Origin: Acidilobaceae archaeon
GTDB taxonomy: Archaea > Thermoproteota > Thermoprotei_A > Sulfolobales > Acidilobaceae
Direction: 5' to 3'
Assembly: GCA_027046245.1 (NCBI GenBank)
Contig: JALTZJ010000028.1
Location: 1,066 to 65,065 of the forward strand
DNA length: 64,000 nucleotides
Positions 29,430 through 39,300 of this stretch are shown here, in pieces. The notes beneath the pieces are model-generated. The model was not told the DNA's origin and ran no database searches. It saw only the letters and a list, made by a program, of their open reading frames with translations. How positions within the stretch are numbered: the stretch's first letter is position 1; the number at the start of each line of letters is the position of its first letter. A program made the position numbers and the translations under genes.

Positions 29430-31229
29430 TTAAGGCTCCGCCGCTACTGGCAGGTGATCGCTGGCCTCAACGTATACTATCCTAGCAATCCATCTTGAAG
29501 GCTCGGAGCCCTCTAGGGCGTATATGTGATCTATTGAAACCCTGGTCTCTTCCCCCAGGCAGCATGTGTACCGTGGGCCCTCCACGGGCTCCAACCTTAC
29601 ATAGCCCGTCTCGAGTATGACATGTGTTGCAGGGCCTTGATCCTCGTTGAAATCGCCGCACAGCACTGTAGGCCTTAAACCCTCAACTTTGAGGCTCTCG
29701 AAGAGGATCCTGGCTTGAATCAGCCTCTCCCTGGGAGTCAGGCCTAGATGAAGCGTTGCAAGAGTGATGCCATCCGCCTCTACGGCTAGCCATGCTCTCT
29801 CCTCGCTATCAACCCCAGGTAGCGTGCCCGAGGCTAGTCTCTCCAGCTCTCCTCCATGGAGGGCCACCGCCACACCATAGTGTCCAGCTATAGCTGGCTG
29901 GAACTCCACGTGGTAGCCTAGGGATGAGAGGAGTACTGGCACGTCTATGTATGCACTCGTAGCCCTGCCAGCGTCCACCTCTTGTAGGCAGAGCAGCGGC
30001 GGGAGCCTGCTAAGGGCCCTCGCTAGCTCGAGCCCGTTGAGCCTCCCGTCGGCTGTGAAGCCCTGGTGTAGATTGTATGTTGCCACGCCAGCTTCGCCGC
30101 CCGGGCCAGAATCCGGTGCGAGAGGGGCGAGCGTCACCGGTATAGCTAGGAGGAGTGCAGCTGCGGCGACGAGGCCTACACTCGAGACTCCATACCTAGG
30201 CGTTGCCCGCCGCTCTAGGCCTAACGCTACTAATGTAAGCGCTGCTAGAAGGGGGACCAGGTAGGCTCCCTCGAGAAGGCTCAGGCTCATGTAAGCTCCC
30301 GCATAGACCGCGACATGCATGACGGACACAGCCTCGAACGCAAGCCCCGCGAGGAACCCGCCAATGGCTGGAGCCCTAGAGGCCCTGAGGGGCGTAGCCA
30401 GCGCCGCCGGCGCCAAGAGCGCGGCTATGGGAGAGAGTGTCTTGAGGGCGAGGCCAGCGATCCCCAGGAGAGCTGGCAGCCAGGGAGCCCTGCTCCAGGC
30501 AAGGCCCACCAGCGCTACCATAACAGCAGAAGCGATGGAGGCGAGATAAGCTTCCAAGCCCGAGGACACCATGGCACCGGCAGAGCGGAGCAAAGCCGGG
30601 GGACTCCAGGCGCCTGCAACTGCGTAGCCTAGCAACGCTCCATGCCAAACACCGACCCCCGGTGCCTCCCCGCCGCTGCTCCGCCCCGCAGCTACGTGAG
30701 CCAGGGTTAGGGCTGCGGTGGAAGCGGCCAACATGGCTTCGCCGACGCTCAACTCAACGGGGTCAATACCGCCAGCGGCGTAGCGAAGACTCGAGTCGAA
30801 GACTAACGCCGCTGCAAAGTGCAGGGGCGATGCTATCCGGTGCATCAATGTAAGGAGCGATGCAACGACGAGAGCAGATGCTACAGCGAGGCCTGGAGTC
30901 CAGTCGCCGAGTAGCAGGGGCGCTGGCGAGGCTAGGAGTGCCGCAGCGGCGGCAACACCTCGCCGCTTAGCGGATGCGGCAGCCGCAAGGGGGAGTAGAG
31001 GCAGGGCCAGGAGCCCTGGAAGGGCCTCACCCTGCCATAGGAGGCTCCACACGCTGAAGTAGCTACCAGCCACCAAGAGTCTAGCATGCCAGAGCCCAGC
31101 AAGCACAGCAAACACTATAACAACATGAAACGCGAAATCACTAACTACACTACCACTCCTCCTACCCCTACCCCTTGAAGGCGTGGACGCCAAAACACAG
31201 CACCACGCAATCCCCACCCATGGGGCCAC
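29430..31229 (-). CDS. multi-TM protein with C-terminal EEP (endonuclease/exonuclease/phosphatase) domain, Cwh43/PGAP2IP-like architecture
   Basis: long hydrophobic N-terminal region, then TYNLHQG, LQEVD, CGDFN, IDHI, SDHLPV; start uncertain. Confidence 0.8.
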   Translation of the reverse strand: MAPWVGIAWCCVLASTPSRGRGRRSGSVVSDFAFHVVIVFAVLAGLWHARLLVAGSYFSVWSLLWQGEALPGLLALPLLPLAAAASAKRRGVAAAAALLASPAPLLLGDWTPGLAVASALVVASLLTLMHRIASPLHFAAALVFDSSLRYAAGGIDPVELSVGEAMLAASTAALTLAHVAAGRSSGGEAPGVGVWHGALLGYAVAGAWSPPALLRSAGAMVSSGLEAYLASIASAVMVALVGLAWSRAPWLPALLGIAGLALKTLSPIAALLAPAALATPLRASRAPAIGGFLAGLAFEAVSVMHVAVYAGAYMSLSLLEGAYLVPLLAALTLVALGLERRATPRYGVSSVGLVAAAALLLAIPVTLAPLAPDSGPGGEAGVATYNLHQGFTADGRLNGLELARALSRLPPLLCLQEVDAGRATSAYIDVPVLLSSLGYHVEFQPAIAGHYGVAVALHGGELERLASGTLPGVDSEERAWLAVEADGITLATLHLGLTPRERLIQARILFESLKVEGLRPTVLCGDFNEDQGPATHVILETGYVRLEPVEGPRYTCCLGEETRVSIDHIYALEGSEPSRWIARIVYVEASDHLPVAAEP

Positions 31230-31295
31230 TAGCAGGACTCCCCCAAGCCATGGGAGGGTTGCGGCTGGATTGAAGAAGCCTTGGAGAAGCCATAT

Positions 31296-31958
31296 TTAGT
31301 ATACCGGCTCGCCGCTGCCAAGCGGCTCTCCCGCTTCCCACGTCGTGGCTTCAAAGCCTCTGCTCCACTTGAGTATCATGTAATACGCTATGACGTCTAG
31401 GGCTACTGCTAGGACGCCTAGGAAGCCCAGATAGGGGATCATGTTTGCTATGTTTAGCAGCGTTGCCGCTATGAGAAGCGCTCCAGGGGTTTCCAGGTCT
31501 TTATGAAGCTCTCTAAGGGCGCCTCCTAGCGTGATTTTACCCGTTACGTGGCCTAGGGCGCCTAGGAGCAGCGCTATAACTCTTATAATTATAATTAGGA
31601 GGAGTAATCCTACAGGGACACTGCGCTGTGGTACATTAGGTTAACTGGAAGCTCGAGCCTTACCCTGGCATCCTCTGGCAGTGAGGGTAGCTTCTCTCTC
31701 AGCTCCCCGAATGTCTTGGCGTAGAGAAAGAGGGCTAGTAGGACGCTCCCGTATAGTGTGAGTAGGGCTGTTAGGAAGAAGAGAATTAGCCTGCGGCGGA
31801 TTCTGGGACGCCCGTATTTAGGGCGCCTGCAAAGCCCAGTCCGAGGAAGATTGCTATAAAATGAGTGCAGTGGTGATTGCAGCTGCGTAGCTCAACAGTA
31901 TTGTCTTGCTAGCCTCTCCCAGCGCCCTAGCGAGGACTTGCCATTCGTCCTCGCTCAA
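31296..31958 (-). pseudogene. decayed tandem paralogue of the 31955..32671 membrane protein
   Basis: MSEDEWQVLARALGEASKTILLSYAAA and LETPGALLIAATLLNIANMIPYLG..DVIAYYMILKW align with the neighbour; internal stops and frameshifts. Confidence 0.8.
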
Positions 31959-32671
31959 AAGGAGGGTGCACCCCCGATTGTCCCGGTCTCTCCCGAGGTC
32001 TCGGCTGCTCCCGGCAGGCTTCCCCTCCACGTGTATATCATGTAGTACGCTACAATCTCTAGTATGAAGCCTATCATCCCGAAGACTCCTCCAATGTATG
32101 GGAGTACCGATAGTATCTGCAGTATTGTGCCGGCGAGTAGCAGGTTGCCCGGCGTCTCTAGGCCCGCGCCTATGTCTCTTAGGGAGAGGCCGAAGAGTAG
32201 GTTGCCTACTGTTAAACCGAGGGATGCTAGCAGGATCAGCAGTAGGCCTATCACTATGATTACCGTCACTACTCCTACTAGCATCAGGAGGGCGCTGTAG
32301 TAGAGCACTGTTACGGGAGTCTCGAGCCTAGCCCTAACAATCTCTGGGGCTGAGGGCAGGGCCGACCTCAAGCCCGAGAAGGCCTTGTATAGCAGGTACG
32401 CTGCTACTATGAATACAGCGTAGAGTACTAAACCAAGTACCACTACGAGTACTATTGCTCCTATTGAGAGTGTGGAGAGAGTGTAGCCTAGGTCCTCCTC
32501 GGTGTCTGCAGCTACTGCTATATCGCCTACCGCTAGGAAGCCGAACGCAACGATCACTATGAATACTATAAAGAATATTATGGCTACTATGGAGACGGCA
32601 TAGCTCAGGAGGACATACTTGGCAGTCCTTCGCAGCGCCTCCTCGAAGCCGGTTTGAACCCCTAGAGACAT
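31955..32671 (-). CDS. hypothetical membrane protein (DUF973-like)
   Basis: about 6 TM helices; family guess from architecture only. Confidence 0.65.
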   Translation of the reverse strand: MSLGVQTGFEEALRRTAKYVLLSYAVSIVAIIFFIVFIVIVAFGFLAVGDIAVAADTEEDLGYTLSTLSIGAIVLVVVLGLVLYAVFIVAAYLLYKAFSGLRSALPSAPEIVRARLETPVTVLYYSALLMLVGVVTVIIVIGLLLILLASLGLTVGNLLFGLSLRDIGAGLETPGNLLLAGTILQILSVLPYIGGVFGMIGFILEIVAYYMIYTWRGSLPGAAETSGETGTIGGAPSF

Positions 32672-32779
32672 AAATAGTATCCCTCAACCCCTACATGTGC
32701 AGTATTCAAATAGTGACTGTACGGGATTTAAACGCGCATTTACCGTCTACCAGCTATGCCTTCAAGACTATTGAGAATG

Positions 32780-33520
32780 TTAACCGCTTTCCTCTAGGTA
32801 TACTATCCTGCTGTTGGCCTCTCCGCTCCTGATTCTATGAAGCGCCTCCGCAGCCAGGCTCAGGGCCTTCCTAGCCTTCACCGCCCTTCCCACGCCCGCC
32901 TTCAAGCTAAACCCGTTACCTTCGAGGAGACCGTCAACGATGCTGGGCGGTGCTGAGGGAGGCAGTACTGCCAACACGTTATCGCCGCCTAAATACTGGA
33001 TTACTGCACCCAAGCCTGGCGCCTTCTCGGCCAGCGACGCCAAGAGCTTTACCACGATCTCGTGCGTCTCTACGGCACCTTTACTTCTGGTTATACTAGT
33101 AACATTATCTATGTCTATGTGGGCTACCAGCGTCTCCTCGCCCCCGCTTCCCTCCTCATATCTAAGCCCGCCGCCGCTCACCCCCTGAAGGAGCATCCAA
33201 GCCCGAGCCTCGGCGAGCCTAGGCGTGGCGGCGCAGCTGCTCGCCATCCTAACAGGCACTGGAGCAAGGGTTGCCACAGCATCCATAACCTCCTGGTGAT
33301 CCTCAGGTGTAAGGCCGCTTGCCAGTAGGAGTAGAATGTCGTGGCGCTGCGCCATCAGGAAGCCGCCGCGCCTCGCAGCAGTTATCTGGCCCTCCCTGTA
33401 GACTCCTGCTTGGACAGCCTGTATCCTCCACTCCCTATCACTCCCCAAGCTCTCAGTCCACTCCCTATACCCCACTAGCTCTAGCACAGCTACCCTCACA
33501 CACCTATCCCGGTTCGACAC
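32780..33520 (-). CDS. gch3: GTP cyclohydrolase III
   Basis: GYREWTESLGSDREWRIQ, HIDID, YLGGDN, KAGVG. Confidence 0.92.
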   Translation of the reverse strand: MSNRDRCVRVAVLELVGYREWTESLGSDREWRIQAVQAGVYREGQITAARRGGFLMAQRHDILLLLASGLTPEDHQEVMDAVATLAPVPVRMASSCAATPRLAEARAWMLLQGVSGGGLRYEEGSGGEETLVAHIDIDNVTSITRSKGAVETHEIVVKLLASLAEKAPGLGAVIQYLGGDNVLAVLPPSAPPSIVDGLLEGNGFSLKAGVGRAVKARKALSLAAEALHRIRSGEANSRIVYLEESG

Positions 33521-33724
33521 GCCTCACCAGCCCTCCATCACCGGGGACCCCCTAAAGAGGGCCCCTCTAGAGTTTAGATGCCCTACGAAGAGGGGCCCCC
33601 AGGGTCTCCCTCCAAGGGGCCTTCGGGGAGGCGCGGGGGCACGTTAAACTCTATGCTTCATGCGCTCTCTCGGGCTGGTTAAAGGGTGTGGAGTATAGTG
33701 GAGGGTTTATCGTGGGTCTAGGGG

Positions 33725-34807
33725 GTGCTGCTGGCGGCGTTGCCGGAGCTTAGCCCTTCTGGGCTGCTTGGCCTGCTGAGGAGGCACGGCGGTGACAGGG
33801 TGCTTCTTCTAGGGCCTCCCGGAGTGGGTAAGAGCACTGTTGTCCGGGAGTATGCTGAGGAGAGGGCTAGTAATGCTGGGCGTCGTTTCGTGGATCTAGC
33901 TGAGACCTCCATCAGCTCTGTAGACCTTAGCAGGGACTACTTGTACCTTCAGATCTATGCTCCCCTCGTTAGGCCCGAGGACCTCGCATTTATTGCGAGG
34001 GTAGACGGGGGCTATGACTGGGTGCTCCCCGGGAAGCTCAGGCTACTAGCGGATCCCAGGGCCGTGGGGCTTCTCTTCATAGACGAGTTGACCAACGCTG
34101 TGAGCCCCGATGTGCAGACGGTGTTATTTAGCGTTGTTTTGGATCGCAGAGTTGCTTATCAAAGGCTGTCCCCGGGGGTTGAGGTTGTCGCTGCGGGCAA
34201 CGAGCCTAAGGATAGTCCCGTGGCTGTCGAGCCTCCGCCCCCACTTCTAGACCGGTTCAGGATGCTGGTTAAGGTCAGGCCTCCAACCCCCGAGGAGTGG
34301 GCGTCCTGGATGGCTTCCCGGGGCAGGCCATGGGATCGCAGGGTAGCGGCGCTCCTCAAGGCGAGGCCTGATCTCATGTATAGGCCGGCTAGAGGGGGGA
34401 TAGAGAAGTTCCCTACGCCGCGTAGCTGGAGCGTGCTTGCATGGGAGCTAGCCAGGGCTGGGAGCCCTAGAGGCAGGGAGGCAGTGGACCTGGCAGAGCT
34501 AATCGTGGGCCCAGCCGCCGCGGGGGAGGCGGAGCCCTTCCTCTCCCCGGCTACTCCGAGATCCTGGAGGGATGCCCTCGCTAGGGCTAGGAACGAGGAG
34601 GAGAGGCTTCTAGCCGTGGCTAGGGCTGCCGAGGAACTTGCAAGTCTAGGAGCAGAGAGGGGCTGCAGCGTGGTCGAGGAGGTGTACAGCAGGGCACCTC
34701 ACCTAGCTGCATGGCTACTCTACCTTAGCGGCCTGAACCCCCTAGAAGCGGCCACGAAGTGTAAAGCCGCTCTAAAGCTCGCCGAGACAATCGCAGAGCA
34801 CCTATAG
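33725..34807 (+). CDS. MoxR-type AAA+ ATPase (APE2220-like)
   Basis: GPPGVGKS, LFIDE, AAGN, PLLDRF, FPTPRSW. Confidence 0.85.
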   Translation: MLLAALPELSPSGLLGLLRRHGGDRVLLLGPPGVGKSTVVREYAEERASNAGRRFVDLAETSISSVDLSRDYLYLQIYAPLVRPEDLAFIARVDGGYDWVLPGKLRLLADPRAVGLLFIDELTNAVSPDVQTVLFSVVLDRRVAYQRLSPGVEVVAAGNEPKDSPVAVEPPPPLLDRFRMLVKVRPPTPEEWASWMASRGRPWDRRVAALLKARPDLMYRPARGGIEKFPTPRSWSVLAWELARAGSPRGREAVDLAELIVGPAAAGEAEPFLSPATPRSWRDALARARNEEERLLAVARAAEELASLGAERGCSVVEEVYSRAPHLAAWLLYLSGLNPLEAATKCKAALKLAETIAEHL

Positions 34808-34813
34808 CGGTGA

Positions 34814-35059
34814 GTGATGGGAGCCGTGGTAGAGGACTGCCCAGGGTATTGGCTCGCCCGGTGTCCCTGGGGCCTGAAGGTGGCCTATCTAAGGGGCCCC
34901 CTGGCTATAGTACTCCTCCAAGGAGCACCGCTGCCAGTCCCCCGCAACCTATGCAGGCCCCTGAAGAGGCTCACCAGCTGCAAGGGCTACGAGCAGCGGC
35001 TCCACAGGGCTCTGGCTGCAGCGGCTCTAGCTGCGGAGAGGTGGGGCAGACTGTCATGA
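34814..35059 (+). CDS. small Cys-containing hypothetical protein
   Basis: starts 7 nt after the AAA stop; its TGA overlaps the next ATG (ATGA coupling at 35056-35059). Confidence 0.55.
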   Translation: MMGAVVEDCPGYWLARCPWGLKVAYLRGPLAIVLLQGAPLPVPRNLCRPLKRLTSCKGYEQRLHRALAAAALAAERWGRLS

Positions 35060-36144
35060 GCAGGGAGTGCTACGAGGCCGCTAGCAGGGCCTACGCAGGC
35101 CTCATAGCGTTGGACCCCCTTCTAGCCTCTCGGGGCCTCTTCGAGGGGTGCAGGAGGGAGTGGCGCTTCGAGCCAGGCCGCTTCTGGGCCGGCATAGGCT
35201 TAGAGAGGCTCGATCCTAGGGCGAGGCTTTCAGCAGTAGCGGCTGCCGCGGCGAGGGCTGCAGCGCTTAGAGAGCTTCAAGGAGTGGAAGCCGAGGGATC
35301 ATTATTAGTTGCCGCTCTCGAAGCTTATGCCGCCAGCGTCCTACGCCGCCTTGGCCTCCCCCCGGTGCATCCTGCTCCGCTACGCCTCCTCCTAGGCATG
35401 GCCGCCCCCTCGGCTTCCACTCCGAGAGGGGCCCTCGACTCGATATCTTCCTCCCTCGCCGCGGGGGGCTTCAGGGCAGCCGCGGCTAGGATACTGCTCA
35501 GGCTGCTTAGTCCAAGGCTCGCTTTGATCGATAGGGGTGCTGGGAGGGGTCGGGGTCCTTTAACGGGAAGTGCAGTCCCGGGTGAGGAGGGTGATGATTC
35601 TGAAGTTGAGGCCCTCTCCAGGCTTGTATATGCGGGCCTCCACTGGCGTCGCAGCTTCATAAGGCCTCCAAAGAGGCTAGCCGGGCTTCCTGACGACGTG
35701 GTTGTGTCTGGTCGTGACAGGCTTACGGGTGAGCTGCTTTACATGCTCGACGTCAGCGCCAGTATGAGGCCTGGCGAGGTCGCGCGGGGGCTCGCTGTAG
35801 CTGAGAGGCTCTGGCGCCTCTACCCTGCAGCATCCAAGAGGCTAGTACTCTTCGACTACGGCGTCAGGAGAGTGTTATCGTCGCCAGGCGAGGCCTCAGA
35901 GGAGCACCTAGTCCCCTGGGGCGGCACAAGCCTCTCAAAGGCTATTGAGGAGTTACGCCTCCCTGCTAGGCCCTGCAGGGGCCTCTTAGCAGTTTATAGT
36001 GACTGGGGCCTGGAGGAGGCCGACTTGGAGGCTTCCCTGCGTTTCCTGAGGAGGCTTAGCTTCTCTGGCTGCAGCGTCGCCCTCCTAGGCCCGAAGGAGC
36101 CTCCTAGGGGTCCATGGCTCTCTCTCGCCTCTCACCGCAACTGA
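35056..36144 (+). CDS. vWA-domain protein (partner of the MoxR ATPase)
   Basis: MIDAS DVSAS, GGTS and YSD at the C-terminus; ATG at 35056 preferred over 34810. Confidence 0.75.
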   Translation: MSRECYEAASRAYAGLIALDPLLASRGLFEGCRREWRFEPGRFWAGIGLERLDPRARLSAVAAAAARAAALRELQGVEAEGSLLVAALEAYAASVLRRLGLPPVHPAPLRLLLGMAAPSASTPRGALDSISSSLAAGGFRAAAARILLRLLSPRLALIDRGAGRGRGPLTGSAVPGEEGDDSEVEALSRLVYAGLHWRRSFIRPPKRLAGLPDDVVVSGRDRLTGELLYMLDVSASMRPGEVARGLAVAERLWRLYPAASKRLVLFDYGVRRVLSSPGEASEEHLVPWGGTSLSKAIEELRLPARPCRGLLAVYSDWGLEEADLEASLRFLRRLSFSGCSVALLGPKEPPRGPWLSLASHRN

Positions 36145-36302
36145 ATATATAGTATTTGGTGTGAATTCGGCTTTACCCGTGAGATCCACACTTAAAGCTT
36201 ACTTAAATATTTAGACCGTAGAATAGGCTCCACTATTCTTATTTACCGGTTTGAAATATGATAATATGAATCGGGGGTTCTCCCAACTGGGTGATGTGAG
36301 CC

Positions 36303-39300
36303 TTGTCCACGCAGAAGGTGGAGAAGGCCCCTGGTAACGGGGGCGGAAAGCTGGAGCTGAAGAGGAGAGACTTCCTGAAGCTCCTCGCCGCGGCGGGCCT
36401 GCTAAGCAGCCTCGGCCCCGCTGCGGCTGCAATGAGTAACGCTAGGTTCCTAAGGGAGATAACGACGCCGAGGCTGAACTACCCCCAGGGCGCCAGGGGC
36501 TGGGAAGACTTCTACAGGAACATGTGGAGCTACGATAAAGTCGCTAGGAGCACCCACGGAGTCAACTGTACAGGCAGCTGCAGCTGGATGGTCTACGTTA
36601 AGGACGGCATAATAGCCTACGAGCTCCAGGCAACAGACTACCCGGACATAGGGCCTAGCGTCCCCAACTACGAGCCCAGAGGCTGCCCGAGAGGCGCAAG
36701 CTTCTCCTGGTACATCTACAGCCCGATAAGGGTGAAGTACCCGTACATAAGGAAGCCGCTACTAGAGCTCTGGCAGGAGGCCAAGCAGCGCTACGGCGAC
36801 CCCGTTGAGGCTTGGGCCAGCATAGTGGAGGACCCGGCAAAGCGGGATAGGTACGTGAAGGCTAGGGGCCTCGGCGGCTGGGTGAGGACCGACTGGGACA
36901 CTGCGACGGAGATCATAGCAGCAGCCCTAGTATACACGATAAAGAAGTACGGACCCGACAGGATCTTCGGCTTCACCCCCATCCCGGCGATGAGCCCTGT
37001 GAGCTACGCCAGCGGAGCCCGCTTCATAGAGTTGATAGGCGGCGCAATGGGCAGCTTCTACGACTGGTACGCGGACCTGCCGCCTGCTAGCCCGCAGGTT
37101 TGGGGCGAGCAGACGGACGTGCCCGAGAGCGCTGACTGGTTCAACGCAGCCTACATAATGAACTTCGGCACTAACATACCCATGACTAGGACTCCGGACG
37201 CCCAGTTCTTCACGCAAGTACGCTACAGGGGCACCAAGATAGTAGTAGTGAGCCCGGACTTCAGCGAGCACGTAAAGTTCGCGGACGTCTGGGTGCCTAT
37301 AAAGGAGGGCACCGACGGCGCCTTCGCCCTAGCAATGAACCACGTGATACTGAAGGAGTTCTACGTCGAGAGGAAGGTCGACTACTTCATAGACTATGTG
37401 AAGAGGTTCACGGACCTACCGTTCCTAGTAGTGCTTGAGCCCTACGAAGGCGGTTACAGGCCCGGCAAGTTCCTCAGGCTGAGCGACCTAGCCCCCGAGG
37501 AGTACGCTGCACCCGGCTACGCAGAGGAGGCCAACCCCGAGTGGAAGCTCCTCGTCTACGACGAGAAGAGCGGTATGCCGAGGCTAGTCAACGGCAGCAT
37601 AGGCTACAGGTGGGATGGCAGCGGCAAGTGGAACCTGAAGCTCGAGGATCCAGTAACAGGCGACCAGGTAGACCCGGCTCTCACCTTGATAGACAAGGCC
37701 GACGAGGTAGTACTGGTCAAGTTCCCGGTGTTCAGCGCTACCTTCGGCGAGAAGGGCTTCACCGAGAGGGGAGTCCCGGCCATCAGGGTGAAGACTAAGG
37801 AGGGCGAGGTACTAGTAGCCACGGTATTCGACCTGCTGCTAGCCTACATGGGCGTGGATAGAGGCCTGCCAGGCGACTACCCGAAGAGCTACGACGAGCC
37901 CAAGCCCTTCACCCCGGCATGGCAGGAGGACATCACCGGGGTGAGCAGGGAGCTAGTCATAAGGCTTGCCAGGGAGTGGGCCGACACCGCCATCAAAACC
38001 AGGGGCCGCGTAATGGTCATGCTAGGCCCTGGCGTCAACCACTGGTTCCACACTGATCTCCACTACAGGGCAATACTGATGCTCGTCAAGCTAACCGGCG
38101 CCCAGGGCAGGAACGGCGGAGGCTGGGCCCACTACGTGGGCCAGGAGAAGATAAGGACTATAGCAGGCTGGGCAAAGGTGGCGTTCGCCCTAGACTGGGT
38201 AGCGCCGCCGAGGCACCAGAACAGCCCGAGCTTCTACTACGTCCACACAGACCAGTGGCGCTACGACAAGCTGAGCACTGAGTGGTTCGAGGCGCCCTGG
38301 AGGGATGTAAGGGAGAAGATGAAGTGCAGCCACCCGATGGACTGCAACATAAAGGCTGCGAGGCTAGGCTGGCTACCATTCTACCCGCAGTGGAACAGGA
38401 ACCCGATAGAGCTGGCAGCCGAGGCCAGGAGGCAGGGCAAGGACCCGATAGAGTACGTGGTTGAGCTGCTAAAGAAGGGAGAACTGAAGCTGGCCATCGA
38501 GGATCCCGACGCTCCCGAGAACTGGGTCAGAGTGATGTTCGTGTGGAGGGCCAATATACTGGGCTCCAGCAGCAAGGGTCACGAGTACTTCCTTAAGCAC
38601 TTCGTAGGCAGCCCGATGACTCAGGTTATGAGCGAGGAGATACCGCACGAGCTAGTCAAGGAGGTCGTGTGGAGGGAGGCCCCCGAGGGCAAGCTAGACC
38701 TGCTAGTAGCAATAGACTTCAGAATGGCAACCACCCCCATCTACGCAGACATAGTGTTACCGGCGGCCACCTGGTACGAGAAGTACGATCTAAGCATGAC
38801 AGATCTGCACAGCTTCCTACACCCATTCACCCCGGCAGTTGACCCGCTATGGGAGAGTAAGACCGACTGGGACACCTTCAAGGAGATAGCAAAGAAGTTC
38901 AGCGAGATAGCGGCCAGGCACTTCGCAGAGCCCGTAGAAGACATAGTAGCACGGGCCCTCTGGCACGACTCTCCAATGGAGATAGCGCAGCCCTACGGCG
39001 TAGAGAAGGACTGGAGGCACGGCGAGACAGAGCCGATACCCGGCAAGACCATGTGGGACCTCAAGGTAGTGAAGAGGGACTACAAGAACGTCTACCACAT
39101 GTACATTAGTCTAGGTCCAGGAGCTAAGAAGGCGGGCGCCAAGGGAGTCCTCTATGATACTAGCGACGTCTACGAGGAGCTAAAGAAGATAAACGGCGTC
39201 GTCTACTGGGAGAAGTGCCCCGACGGCTGCCCAAGCCTAGAGAAGGACAAGTACGCCGCAGAAGCGATACTAGCGCTGAGCCCCGAGGCCAACGGCAAGC

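Noticed and set aside
33543-33645. GC-rich inverted repeats (GGGCCCCTCT/AGAGGGGCCC) as a possible MITE
   Set aside because: No second copy or target-site duplication seen; similar hairpins are common in these intergenic regions
34810-35055. N-terminal 82 aa of the 444-aa ORF
   Set aside because: Low-complexity off-frame reading; the alternative frame gives a coupled 81-aa gene ending in an ATGA overlap
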